A stretch of DNA of 64,000 bases from the human T2T-CHM13v2.0 reference genome, Homo sapiens. A model generated the notes under the pieces. The model ran no database searches and was not told the origin of the DNA. It saw only the letters and a list, made by a program, of their open reading frames with translations. The stretch lies in NCBI RefSeq assembly GCF_009914755.1, contig NC_060933.1. The stretch is one strand, 5' to 3'. Positions 1 through 13,200 of the stretch are shown one piece after another; the stretch's first letter is position 1; every line of letters starts with the position of its first letter. The translations under genes and the position numbers were made by a program.

Positions 1-449
1 TTACATTCTGGAAGAACAGTTCTGAGAAGTGTCTCACATCAGGGCTGTCCCTGAACAATCCTTGTTCCCCAGTATCTCTGGAAGCTTCTTTTCCTATGGG
101 ATGGCTGGTCACAATCATAGAGATGATCTTGGACCTAGAGGAAACAAGCTTGAACATGACAGAAGGTAGGCAGTGAGGAAGCGCTGGTCTGCCACCCAGG
201 GTTTGCTGCCCTGTGTAAACTGCCCTCCCTGGAAAGGTGAGGAAGCTCTCCAGGACAAGACTGTTGTTGCCCCAGTGCCTCCTGCCGTGCCTGGAATAGA
301 GCACAGGGCTACAAACAGGTGCTCCATAGACATTCACTAAGTAAATAAATTGTGAAAATACGTGGGCAAGAAAACATTTCAGAGGTCACATTGGTGCAAA
401 TTCTTAATTGACACCAGGTTAACAGCTTTCTCTGAATAGTACTTACATT

Positions 450-645
450 AATAATAACAATGGTTACTATTTATTAAATACCTAGTGTCTGCCAAGCAAA
501 GGGAGATATTATTTCCTTAAATCCCACAATAGTTCTACTAATAGGTAGACTCTCCCCAGTTAATAGCTGACAGCGCAGAGACTCATGGGCACAAATCTGA
601 GAAACTTGCCTGAGGTTCACCCAACAAATTAGGATTCAAAGCCAC
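450..645 (-). mobile_element. MIR fragment
   Basis: Degenerate MIR core (aacttgcctgaggttcac...ggattcaaagcc). Confidence 0.55.
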
Positions 646-1502
646 TGCCTAGGAGGCCCTGATTATCCTCTTTCTGTTTCTCTGTGAGGCCCCTCTGTGC
701 CCTGCTCACCTCCTGCTGGTCTCTGCTCCTGCCACAGCAGCGGGGAAACAGGAACCTTTAAAGAAGGCTGAGGTGCAGTTCCATCCCTCCTGGGGCGGGC
801 AGTTGTGCATTCTTGCCATTTTTTTCCTCTTGCAAATAGGCTTGAAGTCAACGTAGAAAGGGCAATGCAAAAGCAGCCCCGTTCCAGATGTCTGCTTTGT
901 CATACTTTAAAACACCCACCCATATTCAGGCCTGTCCATCCTTCATTCTGGCAGCCCTCCCCTCCCGCCTTGCCACCTGTCTCCATACACAGCTTTCCCT
1001 TTTCCTGTCCTTCCTCTTCTGATGGGTGTGAGGGCCAGATTTCACTTCACTAGAACAACCTTGCTACTAGTATTATTCTAGGGACAGGCCCTGGCACAAA
1101 ATAAACACTCGATAAGTATGTGTTGAATTGCACTTTAAATTCTAGACAAAGGAGGAAAAAGCTTTGGATCCAGAAGAAAATAGAAAAGCTGGGAGTGGGG
1201 GTTAGGGTAACAATGAACTTGATCCTCTATCCCCTCTTTCCTCCCTCACTGCCTCCCTCCCTAAGCCCGGGCAGCAATGTACTTAGTATTACTGCTGTCA
1301 TCTGATTACAGTAACATCCAAACAGATTGAAAAGCCCCAATCAATGCCAGAGCTGAAGTGCACACGCAGGGGGTTGTTCCCTTGGAAATGTTGCAGCTGT
1401 AATTACTCTCCAAAGAGAAAAATCTAAACAACTTTCTTGACCCTCTGGGGAGAGGAAGTAACAATTGAACTACAAGGGGCAGAAAGTCATTTCTGACGTA
1501 CC

Positions 1503-1529
1503 GTGTGCGTGTGTGTGTGTGTATGTGTG
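1503..1529. repeat. Imperfect (GT)n microsatellite
   Basis: gtgtgcgtgtgtgtgtgtgtatgtgtg. Confidence 0.9.
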
Positions 1530-1691
1530 GGTCCCCACCTTCGCAGTGTACTGTCCAGAGATCGTCTTTGACAGCCCTGCATTCAAACGCCGGGCTGTGG
1601 GTCGGCGGCGTGGTGCCTGCTGCTGCCGCCGCGGCAGCTGAGATCATGCTGTTGATCTTGTTTTACACAGAGCAGCCCAGCCTGTTGTGCC

Positions 1692-1706
1692 AGTACAGAA
1701 TGTTCT
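1692..1706. promoter_or_regulatory. Glucocorticoid/androgen/progesterone response element AGTACAgaaTGTTCT
   Basis: Matches the RGNACAnnnTGTNCY consensus at every informative position. Confidence 0.7.
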
Positions 1707-1999
1707 CTTCTGTGAACTGAGTTTGAACTTTTCCAACCCACTTTGTTTGAGGAACCACACAGACAAAGAGGGAAAAGACAGGGAAGATAACCCCCAAATC
1801 GTTGAAATCGTGGTGATCTCTCGGATTTTGGCCTAGACCATTTGCTTTTTCGCTACTCAAAATTGACCATCCCAAGCATTACACTTCCTGAAAGAGCAAA
1901 GCGCCTGTGATGTCCGTTTTCTAAGACAGGACTTGGCATCAACTTTGGAAATTAACGAGTCTGTCACTGTCTCTCTTCAATTTCTTTTTTTCTTCTTAG

Positions 2000-2047
2000 G
2001 TGTTCAGGGAGTAACGGTAATAAAAGTTATTTTCCTTTAAAGGAAAG
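2000..2047 (+). ncRNA. Candidate 48-nt exon of a plus-strand lncRNA (possibly KLF9-DT)
   Basis: Long pyrimidine tract ctctctcttcaatttctttttttcttcttag| and donor AAG|GTAAGG. Confidence 0.45.
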
Positions 2048-2875
2048 GTAAGGCCCCTTGTGCTGGTGACTTCTCTCTCAGTTGTTCAAGCTATTACAAT
2101 ATTCCAAATAGTGTTCCCAGTTTGCTGTTATAACTGGAAATAATTGATTGTAAGGATTTTGGGTCACTGGCCTCCATATAAATGACCAATGAGAAAAGCT
2201 GTTAATGCTTGGTAAAGTAAGGTGGTTGGAAATACCTTTTCAAAAACCATCCTCATATAGCAAGACCCCATCTCAAGCAACAACAAACAAACAAAACCCA
2301 CAACTTTCAAGTTAGATGAGGTCCACAGGAAAAAACAACCAAAAAAACCAAAGCCATCTTCACCTAGTCATAGGGTTGAGTCTCCAGTTGTTTAGGGGGT
2401 TGCTTGGACGATCTGAGTGGGAGACCTTTATAGCATAGACAGAATGGTGCAATGCAGTGATTTTCCAATGTACTATTATTAGTTTTTAATGATAGTGGAT
2501 TCCCTTCTTTGGAGTAAAATTCACCAAACACTCACTGGTGAAGCAGGAAGAGCACAACTTTGAAGTGTGAGCTGTGGATCTGAAGTGTGAGGTGTGGGTT
2601 TGAGTCTCCTTCTACTTAGGGGTGCTCCTGTGATACAGGGAAAGTCACATCTTCCGAGCTTGATTGGTGAAAGGAGCATAAGGCTTGTCTTGTATACTTG
2701 CAGAGTCATCCGTAAGTGTCCAGTGTTATGCTGTTGCACCAATGAGAGATTTTTCTCCTAAATTCTCAGTTCTACCACCTGCTTCATAGTTTGGGGCTGC
2801 TGTCTTATGGTTTTTGCTGACTGCTGGTAATAAGGAAATCTCTAGAAAGGAGTCCTTACTCTGAGATGGGGCTAG

Positions 2876-3158
<283 letters not shown>

Positions 3159-3401
3159 CCCTGTGACTTTTGTTGTTGAAAAGTCACGTGTCAACATGCC
3201 ATCAGAATATTAAATAGTTCATTCATTCTATAAATGCCCCCCTGAATGCTTGCTATGTTTAAGTTGGTGACTGGAATCTAGGGGTTGAGAGATGAGTAAG
3301 ATATGTTGACTGCCTTCAAAGACTTTATTGTCCAGTGGGAGAGGCAGAAATACATACTCACACACATGATCCATAACATAGTATTTAAAATGCAAATGAC
3401 A

Positions 3402-3540
3402 TCTGGGCATGGTGGCTCACATCTGTAATCCCAGCACTTTAGGAGGCTGAGATGGGAGAATCACTTGAGCCTAGGAGTTCCAGACCAGCCTGGGGCAACA
3501 TAGTGAGACCCCCATCTCTACAAAAAATAAAAAATATAAT
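3402..3540 (+). mobile_element. FLAM/Alu left monomer
   Basis: Single Alu arm with A tail. Confidence 0.85.
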
Positions 3541-3549
3541 ATTTATAAT

Positions 3550-5060
3550 ACAAAGGAGGTTGATACATGCTCAGTAGAGATACACATAATAAACTCTGAT
3601 GGTAGAGGAACAGGATGAGGATTCTGATACGAAGTTGAGGCAAGAGTAAGCTAACAGTAAAGAAAGGAATTATAGTCTTTGTCGTTAATAGAATTGCATG
3701 GTATATTTGGGTAATGATAAGTAGTTCTTGTGGCTGAATGGTTGGTAGAGTTATGTGGGAAGAAGCAAAAAAAAAAAAATAGATTGAGCCTAGATCAGGG
3801 ATACCCACGTCCCCCTGTTGTGCCCCTTGCTAACCTTTCTTCCTGAATTTGAATGAAGCCTCAGAATTCTTCTCAACATAGTTCTCAATGAATCAGTTGG
3901 GATTGGCACTTGGGATGGAATCATTTGTCATTCCTGACTTGGGAGTTAAATCCCATGCTTACGTATTTTATTTATTTTGGTTATTCTTGGGAGTTATTGC
4001 ATGTTATTAAGACCAGAATGATATGAGAGAATGACACGATTCAGTCTGTTTTGGTGAGGTAGCTGATGGCCATGGGAAGGATCCATGGGAAAGGTGAGAG
4101 GCTGGAAACAGGGAGACCACTAAGAAGATATACAAATCATCTGAAATAGTACGAGTGGGAGGGAAAAGTAGACTGGACAGATGAGGCACTGGGACAGATA
4201 AATGACTCAACTCAGCAATGACAGAGGGAGAAAGAAAACTTGACCATAACTGAATTTTCTCACCTGGGTGACTGGATATGGTTTGGATATCCAAACCGTA
4301 TCTGCCCAAATCTCATGTCGAAATGTAATCCCCAGTGTTGGAGGTGGGTCCTGGTGGGAGGCAATTGGATCATGGGGTCGGATTTCTCAGGAATGGTTTA
4401 GTACGATCCTCTTGGTACGGTCTTCACAATAATGAGTGAGTCCTCACGAGATCTGGTCATTTAAAAGTGTGTGGCACCTCTTCCCTCTCTCTGGCACCCG
4501 CTCTGGCCGTGTGATGTGCCTGCTTCCCTTTTGCCTTCCACCATGATTGTTTAAGCTTCCTGAGGCTTTCCCAGAAGCCGAGCAGATGCCAGCATCATGT
4601 TTCCTGTACAGCCTGAAGAACTGTGAGCCAGTTAAACCTTTTATCTTTATAAATTGCCCAGTCTCAGGTATTTCTTTATAGCAGTGCAAGAACAGCCTAA
4701 TACAGTGACTGCTAGGAGAGAGGAGCCAAGAGAAGGAATACAGGACCAGGGTCTTTTACTTCTCTTTTTATAAAGGGAAAATAATGAGTTGGGTTTCAGA
4801 CAGGTTGAATTTGAGGGGTCTATGGGACATCCATGGGGAGAATTCTAGCCATCATTTGGAAATACATATCTGGAGTTAAAAGCCAAAGAGGTAGTTCAGG
4901 ATTCAGTCACACAGAGGAACCAATGGAAGCCTTGGGAGTAAATGCTATCACCTAGGATGAGAGCCACACAGGGCATTTATAGGCCTGAAAAAGGACAGCC
5001 AGGTTAGACCTTGAGAGGTGCCTAATGAACACCAGAGGAAGAGAATCTGAAAACAATTCC
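3550..5060 (-). mobile_element. Fragmented L2 interrupted by an MST LTR
   Basis: Purine-rich L2 antisense hallmarks (gagttgggtttcagacaggttgaatttgag...ggacatcca). Confidence 0.55.
4273..4704 (+). mobile_element. MSTB-like MaLR solo LTR
   Basis: TG...CA termini, typical MST body, 5-bp TSD GTGAC (4268-4272, 4705-4709). Confidence 0.9.
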
Positions 5061-5207
5061 TAACAATGTGGGGTGTCGTTAGTTAAATCCAGACCTCTAC
5101 TTCTGTGTCTGATTCTTCTTTAACATAGAGCAATGACTCACCTCAATGTGGCCTGTTGGTGTTTGAGAATGAACAACACAGGTAGCTTTCTCCTGTACAT
5201 CATTTAT

Positions 5208-5463
5208 GGGAGTGTTTCTCAAGATCTCCTGATAGTTGACCATGACTCACAGTGAGAAATATACTTTATTTTGGGACCAACAACATACATGTCTATATAA
5301 TTATTTAAAGCAAAGGGCTTCACGAAACAATATCTACCTGTATCTTCTGAAATTAATGCAGATATGTTCTGTTTTATTTTATTAAAAAAATGCTAGTCGG
5401 GTCCCACTAAGTTGGTATCACAACCACTAATGTGTTTCAAACCCGTAGTTTGAAAGACACTGG
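5208..5463. mobile_element. hAT-Charlie-type MER element
   Basis: Termini agtgtttctcaa...tttgaaagacactg are inverted and Charlie-like. Confidence 0.5.
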
Positions 5464-5491
5464 GTTGAGGGACTGTGGTTTCTGGAAGTCC

Positions 5492-5510
5492 ACTCTCCCT
5501 CTAGTGGTCG
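5492..5510 (-). promoter_or_regulatory. CTCF motif CGACCACTAGAGGGAGAGT
   Basis: Good match to the core CCACYAGRKGGCR, with A at the C position. Confidence 0.55.
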
Positions 5511-5521
5511 ATATCTTTCAG

Positions 5522-5622
5522 GACAGACTCAGCTCAGCCTGAGGATCAGTGGAGAGGACTTAACCCCATCTCCAAAGGCCTCCCTTATGTGTTGGGATTT
5601 TTAGCTTTGGGAGGAAGTTTAG
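5522..5622 (+). ncRNA. Candidate 101-nt lncRNA exon
   Basis: Acceptor atctttcag|G, donor TAG|GTGAGT. Confidence 0.3.
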
Positions 5623-5664
5623 GTGAGTCCTACCAACAGGTTTACTTGTGATGTTCCCAGATGC

Positions 5665-5890
5665 AAATAATAATAATAGACTTTTATTGAGTCAGGCCCA
5701 TTATATACATTATTAACACAATTAGTTTTAATACTAAGCCTCTGAGGGAAGTTCAATTATACTTTCTTTTTGCGGATGAGAAATAGCAAGGCTAAGAGAA
5801 AGAACTTGCCCACGATCACACAGCCAGTAAACGGTGACGCTGACATTCAAACTCAATCAGTTGGTTTGCAGAATCCAGTGCTTAATGCTA
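5665..5890 (-). mobile_element. MIR
   Basis: ttttgcggatgagaaa...aacttgcccacgatcacacagc core. Confidence 0.7.
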
Positions 5891-6369
5891 TTCAGAAAAC
5901 GTTCTGAAGAGTTGGACAGTGAGCTGTATCTTCCTTGGTTCACCCATGCTTCTGTGACATGCCTTGCTAAGAGACTTCTGTGTCATTTAGCAAGGCGTAG
6001 TCTTTGCACCGTATGCTTTAGACCCTCTCTATGTGTAGCTTCCTCAAGTTTGAAGTTTCTTGGATAATCAAATATCTGACATGCTATCATGTCAGGAGCC
6101 AGGACAGGCAGGAGAGAGAAAGAGTAATGGGCAGGCAGGGGCTGCTGAAAGGGCCTCTGAAGCTGGGCTGGAAAAGGCAGTCTGAAGGGATGGAGTTTAG
6201 ACCCTCATTATCTCCACCTGGCAGCAGCTTCCCCACTGACACCCTGCCTCCGTGCTCACCCCTAAGAGTCCAGCCCCCTCCGTGTCTCCGCCAGGCTTAT
6301 CTGTGCAAAGCAGCACTGTCATCATCACTCTCCTACTTCATGCTTCCTGCTGACACTGCAGCCTCATCT

Positions 6370-6860
6370 TGTCCCAAACTGAACTCTTCTCTCTTCCTTC
6401 AGTGCCAGCTTTTCCTTTCTGCCCCCTCCCAGCATCTACAGGATACAGTTCTGGGTCCTCAGATGGCCACCCCAGACTCATGGTGGGCCCTCCTACCTTC
6501 CTCCACTCCTCTCCCATTATTTGCCCACGTGAAGCCCAGCCTGGCAAGTTTTCTCTCTGTCCCTGGATTCATGGTACTTGTCTGATCTCAGTGCTATGCC
6601 CACATTGTGACTTTTCATGGAACGCATTCCCCTCCCCTTTTCTCCCCATCCTTCAAGACCCAGTTCAGGCCTTACCTCTTCCCTATGGCATCCCCTCATT
6701 CCTTCCTTTATTTTTGCATCTTTGCTTTTATAGTTTACATTGATCATATCACCAAATACTGTGGAATATTTAAATAGTTCATGTTTTATGCTCTCAACTA
6801 GATTCATTCATTGATTCATTTTAAAACTATTTATTCAATTGCCTATTAAGTTTTGGGCAC
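6370..6860 (+). mobile_element. L2 fragments
   Basis: tgtcccaaactgaactc, ggaacgcattcccctcc, cttcaagacccagttca are L2 3' region hallmarks. Confidence 0.5.
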
Positions 6861-6949
6861 AGGAAATTTAAGGAGAGTGAGGGTAAGAATAGGTGTCATA
6901 ACTCCAGGATCCACAAAGTGGGCCAGCACCGTCAAGGCAGTGGAGAGCT

Positions 6950-7770
6950 GTTGTTTTTAACCCTTTATTTCCATTCTCCTGGGAAAACACCCTGATTTTC
7001 TTTTGGTTACTCTATTCTAAGTCTTAGTCCTTGTGGTATGAGCAGCGCTGACCTTTCCTCCTTGAATGAGAAGTGGGCATGAGGCCGAGGCCTGGCCCAT
7101 GAGAGAACTGCATTCCCTGGTCACAGATGTTGGTTCACAGATGAGTCTGTGACTGTGGCTAGGCCAGTGAGAACTAGCCCTGGGCTCTTGCTAGAACTGC
7201 CTGGGCTGTTAAGCTGGTAGGATGTGATCCTGGAGCTCTGGCAATTATTATTCTTATTTTATTTTTTTGACACAGGGTCTCATCTGTTGTCCAGGCTGGA
7301 GTGCAGTGGTGCGGATCTCAGACCACTATAACCTCTGCCTCCCAGGCTCAAGTGATTCTCATGCCTCAGCCTCCTGAGTAGCTGAGATTACAGGTACATA
7401 TCACCACACCCGGCTGATTTTTAAATTTTTAATAGAGATGGGAGTTTCATGTTGGCCAGGCTGATCTCAAACTCCTGACCTCAAGTGATTCACCTGTCTC
7501 GGCTTCCCAAAGTGCTGGGATTACAGGTGTGAGCCACTGTACCCAGTCTCTGGCAATTATTATTACCACCACTGGGAGAGGGCCTGCCTGAAGATGAAGC
7601 CAACATGGAAGAAATCCTGAGAGTAAGGGAATGGAAAGCAATTGATTCTGGATAACAGCTTTTGAGCACTTCAATCCAGCTAATACTATACCTTGAAGCC
7701 AATACATTCTCTTATGGGTTACATTGATTTCTGTTGAGCTTCTGTAAGTCACAGCTAAAAGAGTTCTAAT
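6950..7770. mobile_element. Old MLT1-type LTR interrupted by a minus-strand Alu (7250-7547)
   Basis: Alu flanked by TSD CTCTGGCAATTATTATT, with MLT1-like sequence on both sides. Confidence 0.65.
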
Positions 7771-7891
7771 TATTGCAGTGTGTGCTTCATGCTCTATAAT
7801 TATCTGCATCTGACTTGAACCTGTTCCCCTGACCCCAACTAGCCTAGACTGATTCCCATCCCAATTGAGGTTGGGTTGAGGGGCAAGATTA

Positions 7892-8520
<629 letters not shown>

Positions 8521-8723
8521 AGAAAAGATGAAAGTAAGTCAATGGCTTTAGCATGGCTCTGGTCACAGACAAGTGCTGTTTTTTTTCTCCGCATTGAATC
8601 CTTCCCACAGAGCCTGGGGCCTGGTGCTGATATCCTCTTAGCATTCAGGGTATACCTGGCACTCCTGTGCTGGCTCATGTCAGCCTTTTATACAAATAGC
8701 CTGTATTGCATCTCTGAAAAGAA

Positions 8724-9036
<313 letters not shown>

Positions 9037-10187
9037 TCATATTGAGCAAGATTTATAGTAATGTGCTTATAAGCCTGTAGTGGGCTTATAAACAATAAGT
9101 GGCTGTGGTTAGGTTACAACAGAGAAAGGAAAACTTACTGTAGTCTTCATTTTAATAATGCCTGTGCATGAGTAGTGGCTTCTGAGTGTGTGTTTTATTT
9201 ATTCTCTGATAAATTCTTACAAATCAATTGGCATATATTTAATAAGTACCAGCTATAAATTAGAGACCAAACCTTTTTAGTCATTGCACAGCCCTAAGCA
9301 GTAGCTGCTTAATTCATATTTTTGGTAATTAATTATGCTTCGCAGCCCTCAAATTATTTAGAGATATGATCGAGCAGAGGGAGTACAAATTTTTGGTTTC
9401 CAGTAAAGTACTCATCTTCACCCCTGGTTCAAGGAATGACCCAATATTCCTAAGCTAGTGGTAGGAATATTTTCTTTCCCTCCAGCATTTAGTCTCAGAT
9501 TCTTGGAATGTTGTCAGTCTCAGAAGTCAGAGGTTGGGGAACATTTGAAAATGCTGTTAACAGAACAGATTATGCCTTGAACTAAATCACTTGTATGCCT
9601 CACCTTAAACGTTCCTAGGCTGCCCGGGGTGACTTCTTGTGCCTGCATTTAGTCTCTGGCTCAGGCTACACGTGGACACACCCTTGGATTAGCCCCAAAT
9701 TGGAGCTTCTCCAGTTGAAGGTGTCCCTCTTAAGTGCTTCTGCCTGGTGAATATTTGGAATATTTCAGGTGCCCTCTCTGGCCCCTTTTACTTAAATCTT
9801 TCTGTAATAAAATCATAATAAAATAACTTCAGTGACCTTCTGCTAAGGAGCCCTAGAAACAGCTCTGGTTAGAGGCACTTCCAGAAGTAAGACCAGCCAC
9901 AGTTCTTTATGGGGGATGAGTTGGGAAGGGCCATCTTATCAGAGAATATGATTTAATTACAGCTGCTTAGGAGCGAGACTTCCCATTCTGGCTAGTTCCT
10001 ATTAATAAAGCTTAGAATCCTGAGACAGAACAACACCTTCCTTCCCCCAGATATCTCAGGAATCATTAGACTTTAAAGATCCAGCAACAATTTTATTTTT
10101 CCTCTAGTTGGGAGTAGGGAAGTGTGGCACTCACCTTCCTTTCTCCACTGGGGTTCAGCAGACACTGATTTTATGGCAGACTCAAAG

Positions 10188-10350
10188 GCAGTGTTCTCAG
10201 CCTTGGGGCACACTAGAATAACCTGGGGGCTTGAAAAACTATTGAGGTCAGGTGCTCACCTCTCAAGATTTTGAATTACGTGGTCCGGGCTATAACCTGG
10301 CATCGGGATTTAAAAATCTTCCCAGGTATTTATAACGTGCTATAGTTGTT
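10188..10350. mobile_element. MER5-type hAT element
   Basis: cagtgttctcagccttgg...ctagaataacctgggg...ctgggcatcgggattt...cccaggt. Confidence 0.65.
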
Positions 10351-10544
10351 TGATCTGATCAGGTCCAGGAAAAGAAAAAAGCTAAATCCAGACTTTGCTT
10401 AAACAGATCATCATTGCCTAAAATTGTTTTTCTATATGCCAGAGAATATGGAATAATAAGAAATATGACTTTGTAATAAAGACAGCTGGAAAATTCTTTT
10501 GATTGTTTTTTATTGTAATTGGGGAGAGTAAAAATCTTGACTTT

Positions 10545-10666
10545 GGCTTGGCCTGGTGGCAACTGTAATTCCAGTGCTTTGGGAGATGGAGGTAGGAGGA
10601 TTGCTTGAGGCCAGGAATTTGAGACCAGCCTGGGCAACATAGTGAGATCCTGCCTCTACAAAAAAG
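10545..10666 (+). mobile_element. FLAM monomer
   Basis: Single Alu arm. Confidence 0.8.
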
Positions 10667-10860
10667 TTTTAAACATACCTCTGTCCTATCAAGATATCTT
10701 CCCCAAAGTGAAGCAAGTTTGAAATGAGTGAACATCAGCAAGTACCACCATACTCAAATTTCCCTGCCTCCCATACTGTCTACTTGGTTTTCCTGTTTTG
10801 TGTGAGGAGTTACTAGAGTTGTAGCATATTACAGTAGATAGGGAGTGTTGATATCCTTGA

Positions 10861-11327
<467 letters not shown>

Positions 11328-12830
11328 CTCTAGTCCCTATTTCTTTCTTCTCAGCGGAATCTCAGTTTGGGGGTCTATTCCTCTTATTGTGACTCAGAAG
11401 AAGCTGACACCATTTGCAGCTCCAGTATAGATCTTGGTTAGTCTAAGCCAATGAATGAATGTCATTCTCCTGCCATCTGCTGTTGATCTAATGGTGAGTA
11501 CATGACCCAAGATGGATCAGTCAGACTGAAGGGGATGACTTATTTCCCATGCTTGAAGGAGAAGATTCTTGTTCTGTCTCTTGCATAAACCTCCATTGCC
11601 ATTGGGAGCCATCTTTTCACTGTCAGGGGTCCATCTGATGCAGGTGTCCAAGCACAATTAGAGCACCGCTCAATGTCTACTAAGTGAGGTGTAATTCTTA
11701 GTACATTACACAGTTGCCTCACAATGTCTAGCAGGCTAGGCTACTCCATTGGGCATCTGGGCAAAGCGGGGTTCCTTAACTTTTCCAGGCTGCTGAGGAG
11801 AGATGGTGATTAGCCATATCATGGCACTGAGGGAATTTCTGTGCGTTAGTCTTTGGCAATTAAACCTTATGCTGTTCCCCAGTGCTGTGAGTGGCATTGC
11901 CTGTATCTGCATAAGACTAGCAAGACAGAAGAAGAAGAAACTACCTGACTCAGCCAAGTGACAGACAATGCAATTTTAGTTGCCTGGTGACACTTTTAGT
12001 TGCAATGATGTACTTTTTGTTTCAACTTGAGCTGCTTAAATAATAAAATATTGGCTCAAGTAAATAAAAAGTACTGGAGTGTGTGCCTAAAACCAGAGGT
12101 TCAAATGATTTCACGTGTACCCTGTCTCTTGGCTTCCCTATCATCCACATTGCCTTTCTCGCATTCCACATGGGGGCAAGACGGCAGCCAATGACTCCAG
12201 ACACACCTTCTTCCATGCCTAAGACCAACGGAAGAGAGTCGGGCCTCCCTCCTGTCTCAAGTACTGCAAGTGTCTCCTCACCCCTCATGGGCTCTGGTTG
12301 GATTGCATGCCCATTCCTGAACTAGCCATTATGGCAATGCTTTGAATTTCCAGGCCTCAATTGCCTGTCTCTCCCCAGGCTGAAGAACATAAACGGAGAT
12401 CGGCAGCATGTCCCCAGAGGAAAATCACTGTTCTGTTACCGAGGAGACAGGAAAATAGGCTCTGGCTGTCCAAGCTGATATACCTAGAAGCTTTTCTGAA
12501 TGTGTAGTTTTTTTTTGTTGTTGTTGTTGTTTGTTTGTCTTGTGCAAAGAGCAGGGAATTTGCAATCAGAAGACTGAGATTTCAGTCCCAACTATCTGAG
12601 TCTCAGCTCCACAATTTTTAAATGGGAAAGGCTATCTTTACCCAGTTTGAACCTGGTATTGCTCTGAGGCTTGAATGAGATTCTGGATAGGAAAGTGTTA
12701 TTTAAAATGATAAGGGCTAAACAAAAAAGAGGGATTGTTGTTATTACTATTATCATCTTTTCTGAGTTTCTCCCACTCATACTTTGGCTATGTGCAAGGT
12801 TCTCTTAGGCAAGACATGAAGATTAAATGC

Positions 12831-13200
12831 AGCTAGGCACAATAGCTCGTGTCTGTAATCCTAGAACTTTAGGAGGCTGAGGCGGGCAAATCACTTGAGC
12901 TTAGGAGTTCGAGACCAGCCTGGGCAACAAGGCACAAGAATTGCTTGAGCACAGGAAGTGGAGTTTGCAGCGAGCTGAGATCTCACCACTGCACTCAGCC
13001 TGGGTGACAAAGTGAGACTCTGTGGCAAAAAATCAAAAACAAACAAACAAATTAGTCAGGCATGGTGGCATGCACTTTTAGTCCCAGCTACTTGGGGGGC
13101 TGAGGTGGGAGGATGGCTTGAGCCTGGGAGTTTGCAGTGAGGTGAGACTGCACCACTGCACACACCCACCTGGGTGACAGAGGGAGACTCGGTCTCAAAG
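12831..13200 (+). mobile_element. Composite Alu (left arm + partial right arm + second right arm)
   Basis: Two gagactc...aaa 3' ends, at ~13020 and ~13190. Confidence 0.8.

Larger units (their letters stand above)
1300..1950. promoter_or_regulatory. CpG-rich unique element, candidate distal enhancer / eRNA start
   Basis: Local CpG cluster (gtcggcggcgtgg, gccgccgcggc) in an otherwise CpG-poor window. Contains ETS GGAAGT (1454), CRE-like TGACGTA (1494), CAGCTG E-boxes and a GRE. Confidence 0.65.

Noticed and set aside
54-68. GAACA-atcct-TGTTC inverted repeat and nearby STAT-like TTCTGAGAA (20-28)
   Set aside because: Half-site spacing is 5 rather than the 3 needed for a steroid response element. 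The isolated 9-mer at the window edge lacks context.
1306-1647. 113-aa ORF with poly-Ala and HTHT runs
   Set aside because: Composition arises from the GC-rich triplets and the (GT)n tract of the regulatory element. No recognisable protein family.
6031-6743. 184-aa and 124-aa overlapping ORFs
   Set aside because: Largely overlap pyrimidine-rich L2 remnants. Low-complexity S/P/L composition and no homology recognised.
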